Source: Malassezia furfur (Eukaryota). Taken from it: DNA of 35,502 nt. Below are positions 21,114-30,880 of the stretch, in pieces. Numbering within the stretch: position 1 is the stretch's first letter; the number at the start of each line of letters is the position of its first letter. The translations under genes were made by a program, and so were the position numbers. The stretch lies in NCBI GenBank assembly GCA_052055015.1, contig JBQJIT010000074.1; one strand, 5' to 3'. The notes below the pieces were generated by a model. That model was given only the letters and a program-made list of their open reading frames with translations, was not told the DNA's origin and did no database searches.

Positions 21114-22124
21114 ATGTCCCCAGACGCCGCATCCTGGACCCCGGAACGGTTCTATCGCGAGTATGAGGCGCCTACTGGCTACAATGGACACATGGAGCAT
21201 GTGCGCGAATTTATCGATCACAACAAGCAAGCGGGGCGCAAGGTGGTTCTCATCACTGTACGTAACCGGAGCTCACGCAGAGCGGAGGAACCACCGTGCC
21301 GCTGGAGCGCAACGTGTACGTGATCCATCTTATGCAGGGTGCGCTTTCTGGACAATTTTTCGGCAGGGACACGCGGTGCTGCATCCGCTGAATACTTCTT
21401 GGCCGCGGGCTATGCGGTGATTTTCTTGAGCCGCCAACACAGTCAATTTCCCTACACGCGGCGCTACAGTCACACGACCAATCCCTTCTTTGACATTTTG
21501 CAAGAACCAGAGAGTTCCGATGGCGCACAGGAAGTGCGCGTGCAGCAGCACCAAGTCGCAACGCTGCTCCCCGTGCTCCGCGCCTATCACCAAGCGCGCC
21601 AAGCGGGATGTCTATTGCCGGTGCCGTTCGTAACGGTGGTTGAATACCTGTTCTTACTGCGGGGTATCAGCGAAGCGATGCAGCCGCTCGGACGGCATGC
21701 GATGCATTATCTGGCTGCGGCGGTGAGCGACTTCTTTATTCCTTTGGACCATATGTCAGAGCACAAGATCCAGTCCGGCGACGGTGCACTGCACCTCACC
21801 CTCGAGCCCGTACCCAAGGTGCTGGGGAGCCTCGTGCAGGAGTGGGCGCCGGCATCGTATGTGATCAGCTTCAAGCTGGAGACCGACCGCGAGCTGATCG
21901 TGCCCAAGGCGGAAAAATCGCTCGAGCGCTACGGGCACCAGCTTGTAATTGGCAACGAGCTGTCCACTCGGAAAACCGAGGTGACCCTTGTGGAGCGTAC
22001 GTCGGACGGTACGTATACGACGACGCCGATGCGCATCCCCGCCGATACACCGCGCGAAATTGAGCAAGATATCATTACGACTCTAACGGACCGGCATGTA
22101 CGCTGGATCCATACATCCTCATAG
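21114..22124 (+). CDS. CAB2: Phosphopantothenate-cysteine ligase (CoA synthesis); exons 21114-21257, 21281-21315, 21338-22124
   Basis: Introns of 23 and 22 nt restore KVVLIT|SGGTTVPLERNV|VRFLDNFSAGTRGAASAEYFL. Also YLAAAVSDFFIP, HKIQS, ISFKLETD, VIGNELSTRK. Confidence 0.93.
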
Positions 22125-22160
22125 CACGCACTACAGGACGTCTGTTGCAGGGTATAATAA

Positions 22161-23203
22161 TTATTTCGGGGATGCAGGAGGCGACATCATCACCGTCGCA
22201 TACTCCTCGCCTAGGCACCTTTCAAGCAGCTGGTCCAACGTCGCGCGGCACGTCTTAGCAAGTTCGGCCTCCTCGCGACGCAGTGCCTGGATCTGCGAGT
22301 GCCACTGTTCCCGAGCGCGCAGGCCGGCACGGAATTTGGCCTTCTCGATGAGGTAGCGGTGGTGAATCTGGGTGCATTTTTCCTCGTCTAGTGCCGAATC
22401 AGGCGCCTCATCCGACGACTCCGCCTCATCTGTTCGGGCTCGTTTCTGCGCGGGCTCGGAGGCGTGCACATGCTGCAGCACACTGTCGAGCTCACGAGCC
22501 TCTTGGTTCGCGAACTCGGCACGTGTGTCGTCAGCGAAGCGCTGCGCCGTGACCAACGTCGACACGGGCGGGGTCAGCATTGCACCGCGCGACCGATCAC
22601 CGTCGGTGGCATCTACCACGTCTTCGTCAGCACGGCGCGCACCAGGCGCGCCATGGGTATCGCGTCCTTCGTCCGAGTCGCGCGCGCCTTGGGCTTGAGG
22701 CGGAGTGTTGTGCTGCACTCGCATGTGCTTTGCGAGTGCATCCGAGCGAGTAAAAGATTTGTCGCACTCGGGACGGGGGCACGTAAATGGTTTCTCACCC
22801 GTATGGCTGCGCAGATGGCTCAGCAGGGCGAAGCGAGACGTCTGGCTTTTGCCTTTGCGTGCACAGCCGACCCATTCGCACGCGTAGCGCGACTTGTGAA
22901 TGCCGATATGAACTGTGTGAGTGGTTCATGCTGCTTACAGTTGTGAAGGTGTTCAATGAATGGGTGCAAGCTCGTAAACGTCTCGCCGCAGTCCTCCCAC
23001 ATGCACCGCACTTCGGGTGCCGGCTCGGGCGAGCCTGGCGGCGGCGACGACGCGAGCTTGCTGATCGACATGTCCTCATCCACCTCCGAGGCATCATCTT
23101 CCGGCGCCGAGTCAGATGTCGAAATCTCGTCGAGAACTGGGGTGCGCGCGGCTGCCGCGCCGTACATCGCCTCCAGGCCACCGCCTTCTTCGAGCCGGAA
23201 CAT
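22161..23203 (-). CDS. C2H2 zinc-finger protein, Iec1-like (INO80-associated); exons 23203-22939, 22912-22161; alternative start at 23167
   Basis: A 26-nt intron joins CMWEDCGETF..FIEHLHN|FHIGIHKSRYACEWVGCARKGKSQTSRFALLSHLRSHTGEKPFTCPVPECDKSFTRSDALAKHMRVQH. C-terminal coiled coil YLIEKAKFR. Confidence 0.8.
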
Positions 23204-23237
23204 GGCAGACGAGGATGACTAAACTTCCCCGCACCCC

Positions 23238-23580
23238 ATGCCACCACCTGGCCATCCGCTCCGCGCGCGCGCCATCGGACTGTACAAAGAAGTGCGTGCA
23301 GGTGCAGTAACGCTCACGCCAGCTGCATCGCTTGGGAAGGGAGTACCCTGATCCAAACTACCAGTTCATCCCCAAGCTGCGCGCTATGTTCCGGAAGAAT
23401 GCGCACCTCACAGACAACGCCGAGATCGAGAGCAAGCTGGCGCTCGGCGAGTTCGTGCGAAAGGGTACGTGCCACACTCACACAGAAACGGAAAGTAGGT
23501 GTTTGATCACTCACCCAGCTCTGTATTCGTTGAAAAAGTACCGGACGCTACGTAGGCGCTACATCGAGGGCGACTCTTAG
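23238..23580 (+). CDS. LYR-motif mitochondrial protein (LYRM5/ETFRF1-like); exons 23238-23291, 23323-23464, 23486-23494, 23519-23580
   Basis: LRARAIGLYKE|LHRLGREYP..KLRAMFRKN..GEFVRKETETLYSLKKYRTLRRRY after removing introns of 31, 21 and 24 nt. Confidence 0.85.
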
Positions 23581-24478
23581 AGCTTCGGTACAAACTGCAG
23601 CATCTGACCGCCGTCGATCGGCAGTGCCGCTCCAGTCATGTGCGAGCCGGCACGACTCGTCAGGAACAAGACTGCGCCTGCAATGTCCTCGGGCGTGCCA
23701 AGTCGGCCCGTGGGCTGCACACCCTCGAGCAGGTCCTTGCCCTGGCCCAAGCTCCAAGCGGTCATCCGGCTGGGGAAGACACCAGGGCACAGTGCGTTGA
23801 CGAGCACGTACCGGTCGGCCAGCTCGTGCGCGAGCATGCGTGTGAGATGCACCGACGCCGCCTTTGATGGCTGGTAGCTGTATGTCCCATTACCAGGCTC
23901 TGACAGTGGCCCAGATGCAGCTGGCGCGTACGCAGCGACCGAAGCAACGTTGATGACGCTCGCATGGTGCGTGTTGCTCTTGTCCTTCTCGAGCAGGGGT
24001 AGCAGCGCGACAGTCAAGTAGAACTGGCTCTTGACGTTTAGGTCAAACACCTTGTCCCACCCCTTTTGTTCCGGGAAATCGTCCAACTTACCGCCCCATG
24101 TAAGACCCGAGTTGTTGATCAGGATGTCGAGCTTCTCCTCCTTCTGTTTAATTTCGTTGGCCAGAGCATCGCAACCGGCCTTAGAGCCGACGTCCGCCTG
24201 AATCGGGATGCAGAACGTTCCTGGCTCAAACGGAGACTTGGGTGCAGTCTCATTAAGCTGCTTCGCGACGCGCTGGAGCTCGTCAAACTTGCGCGATGCA
24301 ATATAGACACGGCAGCCGTTCTGGATCAGGGCAGCGGCCATCACTGCATCAGTGCGTTGCACCTACTTTTTCCCAGGCCTGAACCGCCGCCAGTGATTAC
24401 GGCAACCTTACCGCTGACATCGAACAGCGGGCCGACCTTAAGGTCAGGCATTACTTCGGGGGCGGCATCCTTCGGCAT
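23577..24478 (-). CDS. Short-chain dehydrogenase/reductase (RhlG-like), probably peroxisomal; exons 24478-24367, 24343-23577
   Basis: LFDVSGKVAVITGGGSGLGKMMA, LDILINNSG, catalytic YQPSK, PIDGG. Ends in -PKL, a PTS1-like tripeptide. One 23-nt intron. Confidence 0.9.
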
Positions 24479-24554
24479 TGTGGTGGCACAGGTTAACCGG
24501 AAAACTTGGGGAAGTGGAGGTTCGTGCGCCCGCGTGAATGCCGTTGTTCCTACG

Positions 24555-25227
24555 ATGAGCGGAGTGCCCGACTACTACCGCGTGCGTAGTGCGTGCTAAC
24601 CCAGATCCTTGGCGTTGTACCCACCGCTTCGGCGGAAGAGATCAAAAAGGCGTATCAGCGTGAATCTCTGCGCTCGCATCCGGACCGATTCCCGAAAGCA
24701 TCGCCCAGCGAGAAGCGGGAGTATACGCGCCGTTTCCAAAGCGTCGCCGACGCATGTAAGTGTTGTGGCTGACCCCAGATTACATCCTCTCTGACCCGGA
24801 GCGTCGACGCGAGTACGATGCAGTGCGCCCGGCGGCGACGACGGGTTCGTCGACCGACCCAGACGATGACGTCAAGGAAAGCACCAATTTCTTCCGCTCC
24901 TTCTTTGGTGCAAACTCGCAGCATGGCGAGTATGCACAGCCACAACCGGAGCAACAGTTTGCGGAGACTTGGGAAGATCTGCTGCGCCCCGAAATGGAAC
25001 GTGTCGGGCATTGGTGGCAGTATGCCGGAGCCGCCGCAGGGAGCGTGCTAGGCTACATCATTGGCAATGTCCCAGGCGCCCTCGGTGGCGGTCTCTTGGG
25101 TGGCAAAGTGGGATCGATCCGCGATGCCAAGGGGCGTGCTGTTAGCGAAGTGTTTCTGCATCTACGAAGCGATCAGCGTGCTCAGATCCTGCGGGAGCTG
25201 GCGATGAAAGTGCTTGGGTCGCTCTAA
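24555..25227 (+). CDS. DnaJ-domain protein with C-terminal glycine-zipper membrane segment; exons 24555-24581, 24605-24755, 24779-25227
   Basis: PDYYR|ILGVVPTASAEEIKKAYQRESLRSHPDR..FQSVADAYYILSDPERRREYD (HPD motif). Two 23-nt introns. Confidence 0.9.
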
Positions 25228-26222
25228 TCACGCTTGCTGCTCCAGCCCTGGCAGGGGAATGCTGAAAAATTTAGGCCAAACGAGGTACTGTTGAATAGCC
25301 ACATGCAGACGTGAAACCAAGATCTGTTCAATCTTGGGTGTGTCTTGCAGCTGGTTTTTGGAACCAATCAGGCTAGAGACGTGCGCTTCGAGGACAAAGT
25401 CAGGGTAGAGACACACACGGACCTCCTGCTTGGCAGGGTTGTGTTCCTCGGTGCCGACCTCGATGCCGAGTGTGCCCGCTATCCGCTCAATCCGGAAACA
25501 AAGTGCAAGCGCGAGCGAGCCGAAACGCAGTTGAGGAAAGTTGAACAAGAGCTTGGTGTCCAGTCCCAACGTGATGCGGTCCACATAGTCAAAGTCCACC
25601 TCGAGTCGCACACCCTGGAGATGATCAGACGGACTGAAGCGGGCGTTGGAAAAGGCCGGGTATGCGAATCCAAAGTCGATGTCAGTGACAGTGATGGTGT
25701 CCTGCAATGAGCATATAGGTGACGTACCAAGACGTTCATCGTGCGTCCTTCGACGGCACCGTTCAAGAGGCGCTCAACAAAGCGCTTCGCTGCTGCTTTC
25801 TCTTCTGTAGCTAAAGAAGGTAGCGGTAGGTCCGTGTCGCGGTCGGGCATACCGCGCGAGGTATGCAAGATGCTCTCGCGATAGCCGTGCATCGTCTGTG
25901 CGACCATGAGGTTGAGCCAGTCGAGTGACTCAGGCGCGTGGTGGTCAATATCGTATTTTGTGCGCTGCAGAATGCCTTGGAGACGAGCCTGAAAGTTGCG
26001 CTCGTACGACTCGTAGTGATCGACCGGTCGTTTGCTACGTGCGTCGAGCGACTTTTGCAGGATACGCGTTCGCTCCATGAGATCTGAACGCTGTTTCGCG
26101 AGAGATTCGGGAACATTGGTCATAAACATGCTCCAGAACACATATGCGAGGATCAGGCCGAGCACAATCTGCCCGGCGACGAACCCCTGCGCAAAGGTGA
26201 GGCGCGTCTCGGGGCCGTTCAT
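25228..26222 (-). CDS. MMM1: ERMES subunit Mmm1-like SMP-domain protein; exons 26222-25728, 25701-25228
   Basis: N-terminal TM LTFAQGFVAGQIVL, HAPESLDWLNLMVAQ, DTITVTDIDFG..PAFSNAR, DTKLLFNFP, SSLIGSKNQLQDTPKIEQIL, VWPK. One 26-nt intron. Confidence 0.88.
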
Positions 26223-26292
26223 GGTAAATGCGCACGGTCTGGGAATTTTGCAATTCTTTCCCTAATTGCACGTCCAACGCGTGCAATCTTCC

Positions 26293-27897
26293 ATGACGGA
26301 CGCGCCGTACGAGGGGTTCGCGCCGATGTCGGTGCGCCCACCCGGCGAGGAGGCAAGCAAGACACTAGGCGAACAGCCAGATACCCCGTCGCCTCTGCCC
26401 ATGTCGGGTGTGTCCGAATTGCGCGCGCTGCCCGTGCACCTTGGGCTGAGTTTAAGCCAGGGGCCCTATACCGATTCGCCCGCGTCTCCGGCGAGCACAA
26501 GCAGCTTGGAAGAGCCGAAGAATGTACGCCCTGCCCACGTCCTCCCAAACAACTTCCGCGGGCCCATTCCCCGCGAGAGCGACGCGGAAGAGATTGCACC
26601 ACATCCACACTGGGTGCCCCTCCATGATGGCGCGTCGCTGGGCACGCTCCAAAATTTTCCTCTGAACAAAAATGGCTGGCGCTACACAGCCGCCGGCCCT
26701 GCAGCACATTGGCTGCCAGAGACGGTATACCGCACGCTGGAGCTAGCGCCCGAGGGCGTGCACTGGTCATGGCAGGACCGCAGCGCGTTTATGCACATCA
26801 GTAATGATGCTATGGTTGTTGGCACCGACAAAGGCTTCCGCAGCGCGCGCACGAACCTAGGTGTGCGGCACGGCGCATGGTATGTCGAAGTCGAAATTTT
26901 GCCCCCAGACGCGTCGAGCGAGCCCGCGACACCGATGCGCGATGGACCGCATGCGCGCGTGGGCTTTGGGCGCCGCGAGGCGGGACTGAACGCGCCGGTG
27001 GGTTGGGACGCGTACAGCTATGGATACCGTGACAGAAACGGCGCGCGTGTCACGCTGTCGCGCCCGCAACCGTTTGGGCGTGCGTTTGGACCGGGTGACG
27101 TGATTGGGATGTACATACGGCTGCCATCCGAAGATGCACCGTTGCCCGAAGGCACGGAGCATGCCGTGCACCAGAAACGCGTGCCCATCCGGTACAAAGG
27201 CCAATTGTACTTTGAGAGTCTCGAATACCCCCCCACCAAGGAGATGGAAGTACTGATGGACAAAAACCGCCGTGGCGAGTTGCCCTGGTCCGAGGACGGC
27301 AGTGTGGCAGGCAAACCAACGGCGCCACCCAAGTCGACGGATCGCGACGAGAAGCGGCCTGGGCAAGCAAAACGGTCGGTGCCGCTGCGCCCTCTCCCCA
27401 AGCTCGCCGAGAGTTATGTGGGCTTTGTGGTGAACGGTGAACCGCAAGGCATTGCGTTTAAGGATCTCTACGACTTTCGGCCCCTCGTGGCCGTGGAGCC
27501 TACGCGCAAACGGGAGCGGCGCAAAGCGGACGCCGAGATTACCGCGCACACAAGTGTGAGTGCCGTGTTGCGAAGCCGACTGAATCCCTACGACGACGGG
27601 TCGTTGGGCTACTACCCCATGGTATCGCTCTACGGCGGTGCACGCGCGCGGCTTATTCCGTCCAACTTCCGCTACCCTCCGCCCGCGGCACTGGAGGAGG
27701 CGCTGTGGGAGGCGAATGCCGCGCACGGACGACCTGTCACACGCAAAACCCCAGCGCCGCCCTGGCGCCCGTTCAGCGCGCGTTGGGGTGCTGCGCTCCA
27801 CGAGGCCGTGCAGCACGACCGCGACGCCGACATGGACGCGCGCCCTACCGCAGAGCGTGACAGCGTGCCTGCGTTGCCGGAGTCCCGATCGACGTAG
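26293..27897 (+). CDS. BRE2: COMPASS subunit Bre2/Ash2 (SPRY domain)
   Basis: NKNGWRY, WSWQDRS, KGFRSARTNLGVRHGAWYVEV, HARVGFGRREAGLNAPVGWDAYSYGYRD, GDVIG, KRVPIRYKGQLYFE, DDGSLGYYPMVSLY. Confidence 0.9.
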   Translation: MTDAPYEGFAPMSVRPPGEEASKTLGEQPDTPSPLPMSGVSELRALPVHLGLSLSQGPYTDSPASPASTSSLEEPKNVRPAHVLPNNFRGPIPRESDAEEIAPHPHWVPLHDGASLGTLQNFPLNKNGWRYTAAGPAAHWLPETVYRTLELAPEGVHWSWQDRSAFMHISNDAMVVGTDKGFRSARTNLGVRHGAWYVEVEILPPDASSEPATPMRDGPHARVGFGRREAGLNAPVGWDAYSYGYRDRNGARVTLSRPQPFGRAFGPGDVIGMYIRLPSEDAPLPEGTEHAVHQKRVPIRYKGQLYFESLEYPPTKEMEVLMDKNRRGELPWSEDGSVAGKPTAPPKSTDRDEKRPGQAKRSVPLRPLPKLAESYVGFVVNGEPQGIAFKDLYDFRPLVAVEPTRKRERRKADAEITAHTSVSAVLRSRLNPYDDGSLGYYPMVSLYGGARARLIPSNFRYPPPAALEEALWEANAAHGRPVTRKTPAPPWRPFSARWGAALHEAVQHDRDADMDARPTAERDSVPALPESRST

Positions 27898-28311
27898 GGT
27901 CCGGTGGACGACGCGTACACGCTGCTGCAAGGGCACACGCATGCCTCCTGCGTGCCACAAAATTCGATAACCACCTGCAGAAAATGGGCCTCAACATTAA
28001 TCGCGTACGCGGATTGGTCCGTGTTAATTATATCGGGCTTGTTTTCGTAGATCATTGGTCGCAAAAACCCGTCCTCAGGGGCAACTGATACCCAATGCAG
28101 ATCCATGCAGGTGCATTTACGCGAAACCTCCGCGCGTTGGGCAGGAAGTTGGGCGCGCGCGCGGCACGCGCCCCATGCCGCATCGGCCGCGTCTGCGCGA
28201 ATCCAAGGAAAAGGTAAATTGCGCCAGGCCGCCGTGACATCTCGTTCTCATCCCTCCGTCTTTGTCCCTTCTTCATACGCCGGCCCCTTTGGCTTGTCTC
28301 TCCTTTGGACC

Positions 28312-30027
28312 ATGGTCTTCTCTCTTTCATTCAAATCGTTTGTGGTGGCGGCCATTGCGCTTGCCGGCGCCGCGTCGGCCGCGAGCGGCAACTCCGTCAG
28401 TATTGTGGGCCACTCGGGTGTGAGTGGTCAGATGATGTTCTTGGGCGCGTCGGGCAAGGCCTACATCCTTGACAAGGTCGAGAACAACCCGACGCACATC
28501 AACGGCCACCCTGCGTGGGCGGTTGAGTACGACTACAACACGAACAAGTATCGCACGATGGATGTGCGTACCAACACGTTCTGTGCCGGTGGTATGACGC
28601 TCGGTGACGGCCGCTGGCTGCTCACCGGCGGCAACAAGGCCGTCAAGCAGGGAGGTGCTGACGCGACGCCGGGTGCCCAGCCGTACGAATCGTACAACGG
28701 TGGCCACGCGCTGCGTTTCCTGCGCCCTTGCACGGACGAATCGTGCCACTGGGTGGACAAGGCGTCGAACCAGATGGACAAGGAGCGCTGGTACCCCACC
28801 GTCGAGCCCCTGAGTGACGGTAGCGTTGCCATCATTGGTGGTATGCGTGACGGTGGCTACGTGCCCTCGTCGGGCTCGAACGAGCCGACGCTCGAGTACT
28901 ACCCCCGCAAGGGCGACGGCAAGTCGGTGTACGTCGACTTCCTCAGCCGCACGGTGCCCCTGTCGCTGTACCCCCACACGTTCCTGATGAGCAACGGCGA
29001 GCTGTTCATGCAGGCGAACCGCGAGACGATCCTGTGGAACTGGAACAGCAACAGCGAGACGCGTCTGCCTAACATTCCCGTTGCGCCGCGTGTGTACCCT
29101 GCGAGCGGTGGTGCTGCGCTGCTGCCGCTGCGCCCCGAGAACAACTACAAGGAGACGGTGCTCTTCTGCGGTGGCATGCAGATGAACAACAAGCAGTGGG
29201 GCAACGAGGGTGGTCCCACGGTCATGGTCACCGAGCGCCCCGCGAGCAACTCGTGTGAGCAGATCTCGCCTCTGGCGAACAACCCGCAGTACAAGTCGAC
29301 CGACGCGCTCCCCGAGGCGCGCTCGATGGGTCAGTTTATCATCCTGCCCAACGGCAAGCTGTGGTTCGGCAACGGTATTGCTACGGGCACTGCCGGCTAC
29401 ACCAACAACCCCAACCAGGCTGGCCAGCCGGTGGGCAACTCGTTCGGTGACAACCCCGTGCTGAACCACTACCTGTACGACCCCACCAAGCCCGCCGGTC
29501 AGCGCTGGTCGCACGTCGGCCGCGCGCGCGTTGGCCGCCTGTACCACTCGAGCGCCACGCTGCTCCCCGACTCGTCGATCCTGATCTCGGGCTCGAACCC
29601 CAACATGGACTACACGGACAACGAGAAGTGGAACACGGAGTACCGCGTGGAGCGCTGGTACCCCGACTTCTACAACCAGGACCGCCCGTCGGCCAAGGGT
29701 CTCCCGAACAAGTTCCACTACGGCGGCAAGGGCTTCACGATCAACCTGAACAATGCCAACGAGGCGAGCAATGCCAAGGTCGTCCTCATCCGCACGGGCT
29801 TCTCGACGCATGCGATGAACATGGGCCAGCGCATGATTGAGCTGCGCTCCAAGGCCGAGGGCAGCCAGCTGCACGTCGCGCAGATGCCCAACAACCCGAA
29901 CCTGTTTGCTCCGGGTCCGGCGCTTGCATTCGTCGTGGTCAACGGTGTTCCGTCGCACGGCAAGTTTGTCACGGTCGGCAACGGCCAGATTGGCAACCAG
30001 CCGACGCACGACAACACGAGCCTGTAA
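28312..30027 (+). CDS. Secreted copper radical oxidase / glyoxal oxidase (CAZy AA5_1)
   Basis: Signal peptide MVFSLSFKSFVVAAIALAGAASA. Cofactor Cys (NTFCAGG) and Tyr (RVYPASG), Cu ligands in RLYHS and STHAMNMGQR, plus RWYPT. Intronless with strong C/G third-position bias. Confidence 0.93.
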   Translation: MVFSLSFKSFVVAAIALAGAASAASGNSVSIVGHSGVSGQMMFLGASGKAYILDKVENNPTHINGHPAWAVEYDYNTNKYRTMDVRTNTFCAGGMTLGDGRWLLTGGNKAVKQGGADATPGAQPYESYNGGHALRFLRPCTDESCHWVDKASNQMDKERWYPTVEPLSDGSVAIIGGMRDGGYVPSSGSNEPTLEYYPRKGDGKSVYVDFLSRTVPLSLYPHTFLMSNGELFMQANRETILWNWNSNSETRLPNIPVAPRVYPASGGAALLPLRPENNYKETVLFCGGMQMNNKQWGNEGGPTVMVTERPASNSCEQISPLANNPQYKSTDALPEARSMGQFIILPNGKLWFGNGIATGTAGYTNNPNQAGQPVGNSFGDNPVLNHYLYDPTKPAGQRWSHVGRARVGRLYHSSATLLPDSSILISGSNPNMDYTDNEKWNTEYRVERWYPDFYNQDRPSAKGLPNKFHYGGKGFTINLNNANEASNAKVVLIRTGFSTHAMNMGQRMIELRSKAEGSQLHVAQMPNNPNLFAPGPALAFVVVNGVPSHGKFVTVGNGQIGNQPTHDNTSL

Positions 30028-30161
30028 ACTGTACGATGACTACAGCGGTCGCAGGACGACACCGCTCGACAACGCGCATTCATAGATACATATTTCGCGT
30101 TTTTACTGGATAAACATTGCTTTTGTACTCTTTATATACGCGCACATGCACGCCGCACATA

Positions 30162-30849
30162 CTACTTGGCCGCCTTGTCGTCGATTACAATGTTTTTCTC
30201 TCCGACGCCGCCTTCGGACTCGGGTGGCATCTGTTCGAACGGCTTCGCGCGCTGCAGCAGCAGATTCTTCACCTCGTCGACCACATCGCCCTGAATGTGT
30301 ATTTCATCCACCCCGGGGTGCTGGACGCTCTGGGTAACCGACGCACCCGTCGCAAATCGCGAGCTCAGCCTGCGTCAGTGAACATCACTTACCCCTTAGC
30401 AATCACTTTCAGCTGCGGCAGCGGCGGAGAAAAGAGGTGCAAACCATGAATACAGGTGATGACCTTGCGCTTGGTACGCGCGACACGCGACAGCACAATC
30501 TTGGATGCCTGCGTCGGTCAGTCTCCCTTGCACGTACCGCCAGCTGAGCGCGCTCCTTTTCGGCTTTGGCCTGTGCCTTGCGCTCACGTTTCGCACTCTC
30601 GCGTTCGAGCGACTCGGCCTGCTCGGTCGTGAGAGACTTGAGCTTGTCCGTGAGCGCTGCCTCCGAATACAGCTGCGCATACAACTCTGGATTCTTGGCC
30701 TCCAAATTCGCCTTGCATTTGGTCAGCGACGAGCCGTATTCACAGTATTCGTAGGGGAACGTGCAAATCTCACAATAGTGCACATCGCGCGCCGGCACCC
30801 CCGCAGGCGCTTCGACTGCGGGTGCTGCGTCCACCGTGTCCGCGCTCAT
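30162..30849 (-). CDS. TMA22: Translation machinery-associated protein Tma22/DENR; exons 30849-30538, 30508-30393, 30369-30162
   Basis: VHYCEICTFPYEYCEYG, SUI1 domain IVLSRVARTKRKVITCIHGL..LSSRFATGASV..DEIHIQGDV. Introns of 29 and 23 nt. Confidence 0.92.
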
Positions 30850-30873
30850 CGTGGCTTCGAGGACGAATGTGTT

Positions 30874-30879
30874 CACGTG
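30874..30879. promoter_or_regulatory. E-box CACGTG (TCACGTGA) in the 31-bp gap between the GTR2 stop and the TMA22 ATG
   Basis: Lies immediately after the GTR2 stop codon and 24 bp before the TMA22 ATG. Confidence 0.5.
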
Positions 30880-30880
30880 A

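Noticed and set aside
28327..30009. 560-aa ORF antisense to the glyoxal oxidase
   Set aside because: Same codon-bias shadow effect; the V/R-rich translation mirrors the sense codons.
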